In this document: one piece after another, positions 49,248 through 64,000 of the stretch
Position numbering within the stretch: position 1 is the stretch's first letter
How the letters are laid out: each line of letters begins with the position of its first letter
Assembly (NCBI GenBank): GCA_964016885.1
Contig: OZ024748.1
Location: forward strand, 28,272,001-28,336,000
DNA: 64,000 nt
Source: Eledone cirrhosa
Lineage: Eukaryota
Direction: 5' to 3'
Notes under the pieces: model-generated
Databases searched by the model: none
Told to the model about the DNA's origin: nothing
The model's input: only the letters and a program-made list of their open reading frames with translations
Translations under genes and position numbers: made by a program

Positions 49248-49471
49248 GTGCACGCCCGTTTGTGTGCGATGAGTGTCCGAAGGCATTCAAACACAAGCAC
49301 CACTTAACCGAACATAAGCGGCTGCACAGCGGTGAGAAACCATTCCAGTGCAAGAAGTGTTCCAAGCGCTTCAGTCATTCCGGTTCGTACAGCCAACACA
49401 TGAACCACCGCTACAAATACTGTAAACCACCGAAGCAAGGCGAAGACGATGACATCAGCACGAATGAGTGA
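49248..49471 (+). CDS. zfh1: ZEB/zfh1 last coding exon: two C-terminal fingers and stop codon
   Basis: Encodes [60 protein letters not shown]. Acceptor GATAG at 49243-49247 (phase 1), TGA at 49469-49471. Confidence 0.96.
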
Positions 49472-50650
49472 AGAACATGGGAGTACAACTAAACTACTAC
49501 TATTAATACTGCTAGTACTACTACTACTACTACTACTACCACCACTGCTGCTGCTACTACATCATTCACTGTAACAACAGCAGCAGCAGCAACAACAACA
49601 GTACCAACATCAACACTGCCACTTCATTGGACAATAGCACTATTACTACCACAACAACATCAATATATACAAGTACAACTAATACATTGACTACAACAAT
49701 TACACCACTGCCACTTCACAGATTAAACACATTAGCAACAACATGAACAAGATCACACACTACCATTATCATCATCATCATCATCATCATCACCATTGTC
49801 TTCAACAGAAATTATTGACATTAAAAGCAATAGCAGCAATATTGGAAAAATAAATAAATAAACTCCCATCCCTCCAACAAAAGAAAAAAAGAAAGAAAAA
49901 AAACTCTCAAAACAAAGAATTCAGAGAAAAATGGTTTTGGAACCTGCAATAAATATAGCAGACCTCTGCCTCCACCACACCACCTCACTACTGTCTTGCT
50001 ACACACATGTGTATGTACATTGTTGATATGTTATTGATATATGTATTCTATAAATGGGACCATAACTAAAAGAATGATGATGATGATGATGGAAGTGAAG
50101 AAAGAAGAAAAAGAAGAGCTAATATGTGTGTTTCTCTATATATATATATTAAGATATATATATATATATATATAGACCATAGTGGCAGCAGCAGCAAAAA
50201 GATTTTAAGGTATGGAAATTGAAAAAAGAAAAATTAAAAATAAATAAATAATTTTAAAAAGACAAGCCAGACAAATGAGAATTCAAAATTCTATATCATT
50301 TAATTAAAACATAAACAAGAAACATAATCAAAACCAAGAGAAGGCCTGGGGTCTCCTGTAATGATATTGTTGCGCTACCCAGCACCACCTCTGCCCTACT
50401 CCCTCCTCCTCCTCTATATCTCTCTCTGTCTCTCTGTTATAGATACCAAGATACCATCACTAACACCTCATGTTGTTATGGGAAGAGAGTGAGTACATCA
50501 ACACTATCATCATCATCATCATCATTGCCACCACTACAATCCCTCATCCTCTTTGGAATATCCTAAATATTACACTTCCTGCTGCTCCCTATATATTTGG
50601 TCACATTTTAATATAATTCTTTGAGGGGGGGGGGTACCTGGGTGTTTATG

Positions 50651-50688
<38 letters not shown>

Positions 50689-50982
50689 GATATATATCCA
50701 TATTTACACACATCTGTTTATATATGGATATATTATCTGTGTGTGTAGAATCTTTATTTTCCATCTATAAATGTCTATATTAAACCCTATTTTGAGTGTG
50801 TATATTTATACATGTGTGTATGTGTGTGTATGTATGTGTATCGAAATGCACCAGCGTTTTGTTTTGATTTGTTCTTTTTGTGAGAAATTTTGTTTTATAT
50901 AGATTTTATTTTTATCTTTTATATTTTAGTGCCTTTTTTCTTCGTCTCTATTTGTGTGGCATTAAATACATACATGCTTGTG

Positions 50983-51009
50983 TGTGTGTGTGTATACACA
51001 CATTTATTT

Positions 51010-51040
<31 letters not shown>

Positions 51041-51067
51041 CATACACACACACACACATATATATAT

Positions 51068-51145
<78 letters not shown>

Positions 51146-51146
51146 A

Positions 51147-51187
<41 letters not shown>

Positions 51188-51190
51188 AAT
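50983..51190. repeat. Compound (AT)n/(AC)n microsatellite in the presumptive 3' UTR or flank
   Basis: Directly visible. Confidence 0.9.
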
Positions 51191-51691
51191 ACACAGGCTA
51201 TATGCAACATTTACATATATTAGAGCTATATACATATAACATATATATATATCATATGTACATGTATCTATACATACCCTTATACACCCACATGCTATAT
51301 GCAACATTATGTATGTCAGATCTATATACATATATATATATATCATAACGCGTACACATATATATATGATATGGCACATATGCACATGCACTCATTTATA
51401 TATGAATATGTGCATGCATGTGTGTGTCTCTGGTTACTTTTTTTTAATTTTTTTTTTATAAAAGCGGAATGATAGGCGAAAGGAACCGGCTGTCGTATTG
51501 GACCAAGGAAGCAATGTTTCCATTAGTCTTTCCATTGCTGATACTATCTACCAGCAACTCCTGGCAGAATAGAATAAAATAAAAGCAGGAGGTGGTGAGG
51601 GTATATGATGTGGTGTGCATTATGGTCAAGGAAAAATGGTATGGGCATACACAAACACATATACGCATGCAGTCATGCATAATTCAAAGTT

Positions 51692-51725
<34 letters not shown>

Positions 51726-52665
51726 CATTATATCACCCCCATGTCTTTCCTCAAAACATCTTTTTTTTTCTTGTCCAACCACTCCCTTCCTCCTTGCTCA
51801 TCAAACCCTGGAAAATGACCAACACCAACAATAAAAATAACAGCTACACCAACAAACAACAACAGCAACTACTGCAACTACATCAATTGTCTCAAATGCT
51901 GAAAAGTGAGAAAGAAAGGCAATGATGTAAAAATATATATAAATATATACAAAAAAAAAAAAAAAAAAAAAAATTTAACTGTATAAAATTATTGATCAAT
52001 ATAAAAAAACATTAGAGAACCCTGAAAAAGAAAACAGAACTCGATGCTTTGACCTAACACCCCTAACCTGAACTTTAACCCCTTGAATTTTTTTTCCAGT
52101 AGTAAAAGAAAAACAAGTTTTAAAAAAATGAAAAAAAAAAAGGGCGGGGAGAAATAACTCCCTTCACAAATATATATATATATATATAGGGGTTTATTCG
52201 TTGTTTTTTTAAACTTTTTATGTCTAGATTGATGAAATTGTGTATAGTAAACAAAAAAGGACAAAAGAAGAAAGAAGACCGTGATTGATCCTTTAAAAAT
52301 ATATATATAAGTAAATACAGGGTCCATGTATTTCCAAATGAGTAAACAAAGATTAAAAAATGACATAGTAGGGGATTGGGCTGGGCTGGAATTCATGTGC
52401 GGGGGGGGGGGGTCTTGTTCTTTGAATTTAATGACATAATATTCACATCTCGCTTCCATTCTTTTTTTTTGTTGTTGATATTTTTTGAAAAAAAGATTTT
52501 TTTTTTTTTTTCGCTAATTTCTTCAATAATTGTCTTCCAACATAAAAGCTTAACAATTTTACAGGGATATGTGTGTTTGTGTATATATTCACATATATGT
52601 ATATGTATATATATGTGCTTGCATATGAATATATATGTGTTTGCATATGTATGTGTGTGTGTATG

Positions 52666-52697
<32 letters not shown>

Positions 52698-53041
52698 TAT
52701 GCATATATATATATATACACACACACACATATATTTATATATATATATATGTGTGTGTGTGTGAAAGATATTATGGATATGTGTTTGTATATGTTTCTAT
52801 GTATGAAATATGGACCAATGAATATGGAAAAAGTCAGCACCCCTCTTGAAGCTCCCTAAATACTATGCTCCCTCTCCCTTTTTTTGTTAAATAGGGTCCA
52901 ACAAGATTGACTAATTTTATTGGGGTTTATCTCAAAATCTTCCAATTGCTCTTCCAATATTTTTTCTATTTTTCTTGTTTATTTGTTATTGTTGTTCTTA
53001 ATTTAAAAAATGCCTGTTCTTCCACACTTCTCTCTCTCACA

Positions 53042-53086
<45 letters not shown>

Positions 53087-53752
53087 GTGTGTGTGTGTGT
53101 GTGTATAAGTATTTATATATGCATACCCGCAGATGTTGAAAAAAAACATCAGAATCAAAGAGTGGGGTGGTGGATGATGTGTTAAGAATTTAATTGAACC
53201 AAAGATTTCTTTTTATCCTTTATTTGGTTCTATTTTGTATTATCTTTAGTATATTTGTTTATTTTACTTTTAAAATGTCTTTTATGTAAAATTTAATGAT
53301 GCAAAAATCATTAAAACATTTTTCTTCGTGTTTTTAAATATGTATATTGATGTGTGCGTGTGTGGATGGATAGAAGTATGTAGTGCATATGTGTGTATAT
53401 ATGTTGTGTGTGCATATAGATAGAAGTATATGTATATGTCATGTGGTGCTACTTCTTTATATTTTTCTCTGTGTGTGTCTAGTCCTTAGAATATTTTCAT
53501 AGAATGCTTGTTAAGCTGCGGATATTGGTAGTGGGATGAGTAACTGTGTGTGTGATTGTGTATTGGAGACAGAATATGGTTACATTCACTTTAATCATGT
53601 ACACTTTCTTTGGAACAATCTTTTTTTAATCTGTGAGAAGGCCATCTACTACTGACCACCACAGTGTGGTCTGAAGTGGTGGCAATGGAAGATGGTGTGG
53701 GAGCAGAAGTTTGGGAAAGTTTTTTTTAAAATTCTTTAAGGGAAAAAAAACT

Positions 53753-53783
<31 letters not shown>

Positions 53784-55119
53784 TCTTTTTTAAGGTGGAA
53801 AAAAGGGTTTAATTTGACCAAAAAATCAGACTGACTTCTAAAACAGTGACTGAAAATCTAGGAAGGGACCACTAAAATAAACTAAACCAGTTTCAAACAA
53901 CCAACACTACATTCAAATACATTTCCAAAGAAAACAAAAAAGGGTCTTTATTTTTTATTTTTGTTCATTTTTTACTGCCTTTTTACTTTTTATTATTCAT
54001 ATTTTTATTTTATTTTCATTTATTTTATTTTTAAATATATATAAATGTTTAATTACTGTTTTTGTTTTGTTTTATTTTTTAATATTTTTAACCATGCTTC
54101 TGTCATCACCTATACCTTTCACCCCCCCCCCCCCCCCATGTAGATAAAATAAGTACCAGTTCAATTGTCTATACACACATACTTTCTCTCTGTAAGTACA
54201 AGTAATATACTACTAGAGTGAAATGGGGTCGGTCGTTTGTTTGATTGTCCATTCTCTCTCTCCTCCTGTACATAAGTTGGCCTTGTGCTTAAGTAACAAA
54301 AAATCATTATTGTTATTATTATTAATATTGTGAAAGGAAATTTCAAGATGGTGCATATGGGTAAGATTGGGGCACCCAGCTTCTTTTTACACTGTCTTGT
54401 CACATACATATACCTAGCTGTTCTGGGGTTCAAATTGTCCTCCTGGTGAGGTAGCACAGTTTACATACAAGATTGCCTTTCATACCCCCTAGAAGGGAGT
54501 CATTTTAAATAAAATCATAAATGCATGTAAGCTAGAGGAAATGGAAGAAGAGAAAGATGTAGAGTCAGGTATATTGACTATATTACTTTTGCCTTTACAT
54601 ATAAAATAAAAAAAAAAAACATTTGGGCCTTGTGCCTAGTCAAAAGAAATCATTATTATTATTATTGTAATTAAGGATATTTAGGGGTTTAAAGTATACA
54701 CATATATATGTGTGTGTGTCTGCGTGTACTTGCATTTTTGTATGTACAAGAGTGGTTTTTGTTTGATTTTTTTTATATTGCGCCTCAGTAAAAAAAACTC
54801 AGTGTCTTCTTCATAACATTTTACCTGCATGTCTTTGAAATGGTTCTGCTATTGCATGTTGCTCTCCAAACACAACACATTCTCCATTACGCCTTACTTT
54901 CTCTCCCTCTCCCCATCTTACCCAAATTTTCTCCTGTTTTTACCAGACTCTGGAACTTTTGCAATAAATACACCTCATTTCATCTTCTTCATATTACAAC
55001 TATTTTTACTGCTTGTTCAAAGAGGGAGGAAGGCCTTGGCCCATGACATCCTCCCTGTATATTGGTTTGGGCCTCTGTTTAGGGCACTTGAGGGGACCAG
55101 GTGGTGGCAGTTTTTATGA

Positions 55120-56802
55120 TTATTATTGGCAGAATCGTAAGAGCGTCAGACAAAATGCTTTGCAGCATTTAGTTACATCTTTTTATGTTGAGTTCAAATC
55201 TTGATGAGGTAAATTTTGCTTTTCATTCTTCCAGGATTGATAAGATGTAGTACCAGTCACATGCTGGGATCAATATAATCGACTTCCCCTCCTCCCTAAA
55301 TTATTGGCCTTGTGCTTGAATTAGAAACCATTATTACTATTTACTACTAGGCTGTTGGATCGGCAGAATCATTAGGGCCTTGTACATGCTTTGCTGTCCA
55401 TTCTGGATATTGTCCTACTATGGTACAACTATTGCTACTAATAAATACTAGAATTAGTATTAAATTTTAATCCAAATCAACTACCACCTCTACTACTTTT
55501 GACATTTGGCCTTACTAATAAGGCCTGCCCCACTTTCTGAGGGCAGTATATATGTTATTTTAAAGGCATTCTTTAGGGGGCCAGGTGATGGTGTATTATT
55601 ACTATTATTATAGTATTACTATTACTACTGCTAACAATACAAGAATTATTATTAAAATAAAATTCCTAGAAGCCGAATCACTTCATTACTTTTGAGAAAG
55701 GCATGATTGTCTCCAAATCTTGATCTCTCTTCCCCCTTGTTTTCTTCTCTATAAATACATTCATAGCATTGTGCCTAGGAAATCATCCTTACAGTTATTG
55801 TTATTCTCACTTTTATTAAGAATGTGAGATTTCATTATCACTATTATTATTATTATTATTACTATTATTGTAATTGATTGGTATAATGGTTAACACGTCA
55901 GGCAAAATACCTTACTGCATTTCTCCTGGCTTTATAAATTCTCAGTTCAAATCTCTCTAAAGTTAACTTTGCCTTTCATCCTTTCTGGTGGCTGATAAAA
56001 TATCAGTAACACACTGAATAAAGTACAAGTAGCACACTGGGGTCGATTTAATCTACATTCCCCTCCCACCAAATCGTTGGCCTTATGCCTAAATTAGAAA
56101 CTATTATTATTATGTCAGGGCAGTGAATTTGCAGTATCGGTGTAGGGTCGGATGCCATGCTTTGCAGCATAGTTACGCCCCTTTACGGTCTGAGTTCAAA
56201 TTCTGCCTAGGTTAGCTTTCCCTTTCAACCTACGGGGTCGATAAGATAAAGTACTGGGGTCAATATAGTCAACTGTTCCCCTTTCCCATAAAATGTTTGC
56301 GGGTTTGCGCTTATGTAAGAAATCATTATTATTATGTTTGGTGGATTGGCAGTATCGGTAGAGAGTCGGACACCATGCTTAGCAGCAAAGAGTTATGACC
56401 CTTTATGATCTGAGTTCAAATCCCGCCGAGGTTAACTTTACCTTTCATCCTTACGGGGTCGATAAAATAAAGTACCAGTAATGTACTGGGTAATTGCTGG
56501 CCTTGTGCCAAAAGTAGAAACAATTATTATGTTTATAATCATTATCAAATTTGCTAAAGTGATAGAAACAGTATATTTAGGTTATGAATTCAAGTACCTC
56601 TTGGGGGGAAGGGGTCAGTACTATAAATACCACTGATACACTTCTCTCTCTCTCGCCAGCAAAATCAAGAAGTTATTATTTTTATTTGTTTGATTTGAAA
56701 TATTGGTTACAGAATCAGTGGAACATCAGACAAAATGGTCTTGAGGGGAAGGGGGTGTTAGTTATTGATTTTTGGCATTCTGGGTCCAAATCTCAGCAGG
56801 AT

Positions 56803-56833
<31 letters not shown>

Positions 56834-57980
56834 GCTATTTCATTTAATCTTTCCAGTCAAGGGAATATATAAAATATGCACCAGTAAACCTACTGGGGTC
56901 AATTGAATCACTTTACATCACAGTCCTACCTTTCTTCTATGCAAAATGTTGTAGCCTTGATGCCTGTTACAACTCACTATTTTGATTATTATTATTAGTG
57001 GCAGTAGATTGGCAGTATCAGTAGAGCATCAGACAATATGCTTTGCAGCATATAGTTATGGCCCTTTATGTTCTGAGTTTATATCCCACAAAGGTTAGCT
57101 TTGCCTCCCATTCTTATGATAATTGATAAATACACTGGGGTCGAATGATTCAACATTCTCCTCCCCCAAAATCATTGGCCTTCTGCTTTAATCAGAAACC
57201 ATTATTATTATTATTAATGAAGGCACATGACTTAGTGGTTAGAGCATTGGGCTTGCAATCGAAAGGTTGTGAGTTCAATACTCAGACTGGGTGATGTGTT
57301 GTTTCCTTGAGCAAAACACTTTATTTCACATTGCTCCAGTTTACTCAGCTGTAGAAATGAGATGATAGGGACTGGGGTCTCTATCATTCCACTGTAAATG
57401 GTCGTGAAGGTGCCACGGAAAAAAAGCACCCAGCACTCACTGTAAATGAGGTTGGTGTTAGGAAGGGCATCCAGCTGTAGAAATCAAGCCAGAATCAGTT
57501 CCCGTATGAGCAAGTCAAGGTCAGCCGACCGGACACTGCCCACAACAGGATGACCCGTCTAACCCATGTTAGCGTGGAGGACGTAAAACGGTGATGATGA
57601 TTAAGCAGTGGATTCTTTGCAGCATTTAGTAACAGCTGTTTATGTTCTAATTTCAAATCCTGTCTGAGTCAACTTCACTTTTCATCCTTCAGAGGTTAAT
57701 AAAATACCAGTCAAGTACTGAGGGTTAGTTCTCTCTCTCTTCTCCGGCTCCAGAAAAAGTCAGCTATGTTTAGACTTAGAAAGGGCTATGCTTTGCCAGG
57801 TTTAAAAGGCCAAAGGCACACTCTGTGTGAAGAGAATATCCCTACGATTCCATCAAGTTATAAAGGCCCTATCCTTTTCTACCACTCCAATTTTGGTGGG
57901 GTCATTTATTGGATTTTCCCCTCCCCTCAAAATTGCCGGCCTTGTGCCTAAATCAGAAACCATTATTATTATTATTATTA
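55120..57980 (+). mobile_element. Head-to-tail cluster of SINE family A copies of different ages, plus one family B copy (57219-57600)
   Basis: Heads or cores at about 55125, 55875, 56117, 56339, 56998 and 57610, separated by (ATT)n tails. Confidence 0.8.
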
Positions 57981-58245
57981 TTACCAGATGAAGCAGCAAA
58001 ATTCAATGGACTTTTATTTTTTCTACATTTTGCCCTCACCACACCCCCACCTTTCCATTTCTTTCTTCGTCTTTTAGTTTCTTTTTTTACTATTCTGTTA
58101 TTAGCAAAATGGTGTGAGGGTTGTTATATTGTTACTTCTAACAATACATCATCATGATGAGAAAAAAGAAGAAAAAAAACCAAGTTTTAAAGTGCCTATT
58201 ATGTTTAAGGTAAAATGCCTTGTCTGGATTTTTACATTTTTTTAA

Positions 58246-58354
<109 letters not shown>

Positions 58355-60671
58355 ATTCTCATCCCTCTCCTCTTCTCCCTCAAAACCTCACTCATTTCTG
58401 TACATAATCTTGAAACAACAGCATCAACCTCTATACTTATGCACATACATGCAAAGTGTGCAAACATACATACATCCACATCTTATAGGCATGCATGTTC
58501 ATATGTGTGCATGCATATGCATGTATGATAGCAACACATGGGTTTAGTTACTTTAATACAGCTCACCTCGAGAAGGTCAGCTGTGACCTTCAACAAGTTT
58601 TTGATGAATGTGTTTCACTCATGCAGTTTATACACTGATACACATACTCATGCCCTCAACACACACATGGATATACATACACACTGATATACACTCGCTC
58701 ACACACACGCATACTCCTGCATACATTCACACACACACATTTCCACCTCAAGCTCTTATTGAACTCTTCAAAGTACTTTTTTCTTTCTTACATGAAAACC
58801 AAATAAACACATACGGAAGAGGGTCACCTGTATATTGGCAATGTTTAAAAAAAAAAAAAACAACTAATTATAATCACTGATAGAATTATGTTGGGTGTAT
58901 ACATATTTTTCATTTTATACATTTATTGTTTTCTGTTGTTTTTTTTAAGAATTTCCTTACATGAAAAAAACAAATATTATTATTAATTATAATTATCATT
59001 TTTGATGTTTTAATTTTGTCTATGATGGATATGTTCTGGGTTTAGCTTGATAAAGGGGGTTCAATCAATAAATAAAGTGGCTTAATTTAATGTTCTGGGG
59101 GTCAACTGTTCAAAACCTTGCTTAAAGGCTGATGAATGACTTCAGTTGTTTTATAAGAAAGAAGCACCAGATCAGATGCCTTGTGTAATTTGTTCTGTTA
59201 TTTTGTCTGCTGAGTTAAATTCTCACCAAGAGCAACTTAGCATGTCATTCCTTTGGGACGAATAAACACAAATACACTACTTAAAACCACTGGGTTTACA
59301 AAAAAAGTTGAAGAAGCTTGAAAATTTGAAATTTATTTGCTTTTGTGGTAAAATGCTGCCACAATTCATATCTTATAAAATATTCAAATAAGTCAGGTAA
59401 ATTACTCTTGGAGACAGAGACAACTGTGGGAATCATAACACATCTACCATAAGGTGCCAAGTCAAAATTGCTATTACACTAAGGTGGCCTAGTCAACTTT
59501 TCATTGCTTAATTAGAAGTCTTAACAATTGACTAGAAATGTAAATACTATTGGTCCCGGGTTTATGAAGTGTTGGTGGAATTGTTAGATCCTTCAACACA
59601 ATGCTTTATGGTATCTGTTCTGACTCTTTCTTCTCTGAGTTCAAATTATGCCAGTACATGGTGTAGTATGTAAAATGAGGTGAATGTACTCTATATCATT
59701 CCTATTTCTTTTCCTTGTCATTGCATTGAATTTTGCTCATGATTCACGTTAAGACCATTTTAGGATCTGTTCCCTCTCACCCACCATTGGGTGTCTCCTT
59801 GTTTTTCTGTTTCCATGTATTATACCCACCCACCAGATAGATTTTTAAGAGTGACCACAAATTCAATGTTTTATATGCTAATAAATATTTCAAATTTTGA
59901 AAGAGAAAGAAGGGATAAAAGTAGAGATCTCAAAATATCTATCTTTCAGTGAAATGAAATTTAAGGAAATTCTTTAAAAAATCAATTTTAAAGAAATTCA
60001 GTATATATATATAAATATATATATATAAATGTAAGTATGTATCAGCCTATATATATATATATAAAACAAAGTACCTGCAGCAAAGGTATTTCTATATCCT
60101 TTTGAAATTGGCAATATGAATTTGATTTTGATTTAAGACAAAAGAAGAAAGGTGAAGCTAAAGTTCATCATTATTATTATATCATTATTATTATTATATC
60201 ATTATTATTATTATTATTATTACTATTACTATTATTATTATTGTTATTATTCTGCTTTCTATAAAAATACATCTAGAAAGAAAATTGCAAGTTCCTCCTC
60301 ACCTCCCATTCTTGAGAAATTCTTTTAATAAGAAAAAAAAAATGTAACTTTAACTCCGGAAGCGCCTATAAATTAACCAAAATATACGTTTTTTTTTTTT
60401 TTGTCTGTTACTAAATTTTTTAAAAATTGTCTTTCACTAACTCTTTTAACATTTTTTTTCTTTCTTAATATTATGTTTCTACATTAAAATTAAATGGCTA
60501 ACCATTTATAGAGAACTTTAAATAATGAGAATTTTTGGCAGCAGTAATAAGATTTTTCTAGTTCTCTTTTATTGTTTATTTTGGCTTATTTTTTATGTTT
60601 TCTTTAAATTACAATTGAGGTGTTTATTTCTATGATTCTTAACACTCTTCAGGTAAATCTTTCTCTCTAGT

Positions 60672-61406
60672 GGAGATACAGCATGGCCAAATGGTTAAGA
60701 AGTTTGCTTTGCAATCATTAGGTCCTGGGTTCAATCCCACTCGGTGGCATCTTAGGTGTCATTTACCATAGCCTCAAGTTGAGCCATGCCTTGTGTGGCA
60801 TCTTGGGTGTCATTTTCCATAGCTTCAAGTTGAGCCATGCCCTGTGTGGCATCTTGGGTGTCATTTACTATAGCTTCAAGTTGAGCCATGCCATGTGTGG
60901 CATCTTGGGTGTCATTTACTATAGCCTCAAGTTGAGCCATGCTCTGTGTGGTATCTTGGGTGTCATTTACCATAGCTTCAAGTTGAGCCATGCTCTTTGG
61001 TATCTTGGGTGTCATTTACCATCGCCTCAAGTTGAGCCATCCCTGTGTGGTATCTTGGGCATCAATTACCATTGCCTCAAGTTGAGCCATGCCCTGTGTG
61101 GCATCTTGGGTGTCATTTACCATAGCCTCGAGTTGAGCCATGCTCTGTGTGGTGTCGTTTACCATTGCCTCAAGTTGAGCCATGCCCTGTGTGTTATCTT
61201 GGGTGTCATTTACCATAGCCTCGAGTTGAGCCATGCCCTGTGTGTTATCTTGGGTGTCATTTACCATTGCCTCAAGTTGAGCCATGCCCTGTGTGGTATC
61301 TTGGGCGTCATTTGCCATAGCCTCGAGTGGACCCACATTTACCATAGCCCCAAGTTGACCCATGTCTTGTGAAACTGGGTAGACAGAAACTATTTAGAAA
61401 TCTGTC
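60672..61406 (+). repeat. tRNA-derived SINE with an internal 51-bp segment amplified about 12 times (60744-61370)
   Basis: A box TGGCCAAATGG (60684) and B box GGTTCAATCCC (60728), then tandem GTGGCATCTTGGGTGTCATTTACCATAGCCTCAAGTTGAGCCATGCCCTGT, then a SINE-like continuation GGGTAGACAGAAACT. Confidence 0.85.
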
Positions 61407-61589
61407 AGCTGGACTATTGTACCTGTAATTCAAGGTGTGGGGGGAGGGGGGGGTCAGCTTTGTCATGCTGAATCTCTCTTTAAGAGTACATGTCTGGAAT
61501 GCTCAGCCACTTACATGTTAGATTTATGAGCAGGAAGTTTAGATAATTGAAGCTGACACAGGTCCATTCCATTCTTTCTATAATCAAGT

Positions 61590-64000
61590 AAAATCAATAA
61601 AATAAAGTACCAGTCAAGTACTGGGGTCAATTTAATTGATTAATCCCTCCTCCAATAGTTCTGGCTTTGTGCCTGTGCTAGAAATAATTATTAATAGGAT
61701 GAGGGTGGGGGGATGCAATCAGTAGAGCATCAAACAATGCTGTGTAGTATTTGTTCTGGCTCTTTGCATTATAGGTACAATTACCAGTGATTGCAACTTT
61801 GTTTTTCATCTTTCTGAGGATCAATAAAACAATTATTACCTTGATCAATATAATTGACTGTTCCCTCTCTCCCAACCACCAAATTTCTGGCCTTGTGCTT
61901 ATATTTGAAATTATTATTATTATTCAGTGTAATAATTATTATCGTACGTTGTCGTCGTGCATAACAACATCTGAGAGAAAATGGATTTCAATAATTTCCA
62001 ATAATCAATCAATTTAATGTTTTAAAACTTATCAGAAATGAAATGACATGAACATATTTAATGTGAGTTAATTAATTAGTAAACTTGTTGATAATTGACA
62101 AATCAACAGTTGCAACTGATAGATAGTATCAGCAATAGAAAGACCAATGGGAACATTGTTTCCTTGGTCCGGTTTCACAAGTTCCACCCCACTCAATACA
62201 CGAATACAGTGTGGGGTCTTGCTGATCGATTTAATCAATCAATCAAATAAGTTTTAATTTCTACTTATGTTGTTTGTTTGTTTTTTAAATTTCTCTCTCT
62301 GTTCTGAGGTCAAATGTTACTGAGGTCGACTTCGCCTTTCATCTTTTCACAGTTGATTAATAATAACCTACCAGTCCAGAAGTAGTAGATTGGCAGGGGA
62401 ATGGTTAAAGTATTGGTAAGATAGATGCCTTATGGCATCTGTTTTAGTTCTGCATGTTCTGAAGAGTTCAAATCATCTATCGCTCCTGTCACGCGAAAAG
62501 CAGTGACACTTCTACCAGACGTTGCGACTGATAGATTGTATCAGCAATGAAAAGACCAATGGAAACAGTTTCCTTGGCCTGATCTTGAAAATTAACTACT
62601 TTTCTTTTTTTTTTTTTTCCATTATTACTAGTACCGGTCAAGAACTGAAGTTGATTTAATCAACTTTGTTCTTCCCCAAAATTTGCTGGCTTTGTGCCTA
62701 AATTAGAAATTGTTATTATTAGTTGTTACAGTGTTTTGTTATGTTCTGAGTTCAAATTTCCTCCAACATTGCCTATCATCCTTCTGAAATAGATAAAATA
62801 AAGTACCAGTTAAGTACTGGGGTTGATATAATCGACCTTCAACTTCTCTCCAAATTGCTGGCCTTGTGCCAATATCAAAGAGAATCATTAATATTGAGAA
62901 TAAGGCAGTAGTTTTTAGTTATATTATTTTACATTCTCAGTTCAATTCCTGCTGAGGTGAGGTTAGTCTTTCATTCGTTTGGAGATCAAAAGAATAAAGA
63001 AGCAGTATAATTCACTCTACCACATTTCTTCTCTTCCCCTCTTCCACTGCTTTATAAATCTGATGCCTTGATTTCTTAGTAGTAAACCACCACCACCATC
63101 ACTTTTGTCATCATCATCATCATCATCATCATTATTATTGGTGGATTGGCAGTATGGGTAGGGCGTCGAACACCATGTTTTGTGGCATATAGTTATGGCC
63201 CTTTACCTTCTGAAATCAAATACTGCTGAGGTTAGCTTTGCCTTTCATCCTTACGGGATCGATAAAATAAAGTACCAGTAATGCACTGAGGTCAATTTAA
63301 TCGACTTACCCTTCACCCAAAAATTGTTGGCCTTGAGCCTAAATCAGAAACCATTATTATTATCATTATGTTTAACAAATTTGCAGTCCTCTGCTTTACC
63401 AACTGATTGCCTTTCAGCCTTCCAGAGATCGATAAAGTACCAATTAAGTATTAGGGTCAATATAATCGACTTTACCTCCTCCCCTTCCCCCAAATTGCTG
63501 GCCTTGTGCCGATGTTTATTATGTTTATATTCTGCATTTAAATCCTGTCAAGATTCACTTTGCCTTTCATCCCTTCTCCCACTTTGCGGCCTTGTGCCTC
63601 TCTAATGAAATCGTTATTGTCCTTGTAATCATTCTTCATCTATCACTCCTTGTCGCAATAAAAGAAAATATCATCATCATTGTCATTATTAGAACCATTG
63701 TAGAAACAGAATCAGTGAAGAGAACTGGGCTAAATGTCTTTCACCATTAATTTCCCACCATGGGACAAAATATATACTTTCACTTAAATTTTCTTTTTCT
63801 CATTCATTTAATTCCAGTGTTACCCCCTCCCCCATCTCCATCCCATGTAACATCCTCTCATCTGTTACCCTTGTGGCAAATAAAAGAAACCATTTTTATT
63901 ATTATGTTAGAAATTATTATTATTTGTTTTGGTTATTTATGTTCTGAATTCAAATTGCGCCGAGATTAACTTTGCCTTTCCAGTGTTTATAAAATAAAGT
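61590..64000 (+). mobile_element. Cluster of diverged SINE family A copies
   Basis: Recurring GTTCAAAT, GCCTTTCATC, ATAAAATAAAGTACCAG and GGCCTTGTGCC blocks. The best copy is at 63139-63365. Confidence 0.78.

Larger units (their letters stand above)
3783..49471 (+). other. zfh1: ZEB/zfh1/zag-1 family zinc finger E-box-binding homeobox gene, 5'-partial model: join(3783..4427,18117..18350,34187..36681,44825..45017,49248..49471)
   Basis: All introns are GT-AG with compatible phases (1,1,0,1). The 3791 coding nt read through to TGA at 49469-49471. Domain order is N-terminal finger cluster, central finger, homeodomain, PLDLS, C-terminal finger cluster, which is diagnostic of the ZEB family. Confidence 0.93.

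Noticed and set aside
49472-55000. miR-8/miR-200 seed sites and the exact poly(A) site of the ZEB 3' UTR
   Set aside because: I found no clear CAGTATT or CAGTGTT 7-mer by eye, though a computed scan is needed. Several AATAAA hexamers (about 49849, 50239, 51830) are indistinguishable from AT-rich background.
60752-61372. 17-aa repeat ORFs (MAQLEAMVNDTQDATQG)
   Set aside because: Translations of the SINE-derived 51-bp tandem repeat, interrupted by a frameshift.

Overview
This is eukaryotic, AT-rich, microsatellite-dense DNA, most likely from an octopus or other coleoid cephalopod (inferred from the SINE types and the 5S sequence). One protein-coding gene dominates: a + strand ZEB/zfh1/zag-1 zinc-finger homeodomain transcription factor. 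It has five phase-compatible coding exons (3783-4427, 18117-18350, 34187-36681, 44825-45017, 49248-49471); the start codon lies upstream of these, probably outside the window. The protein has 9 zinc fingers, a canonical homeodomain and a PLDLS CtBP motif. The introns and 3' flank contain several tRNA-derived SINE families, decayed RTE, CR1-like, Penelope, mariner, piggyBac and Helitron-like elements, three minisatellites and a full-length, structurally intact orphan 5S rRNA copy. The most unusual signal is a set of type I hammerhead-ribozyme-like motifs in at least two families, one with covarying helix I. They occur with (AT)n-embedded fold-back palindromes and probably represent Penelope-like element ends. 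Most short ORFs in the supplied track are microsatellite artefacts. All calls were made by eye, and repeat boundaries are approximate.
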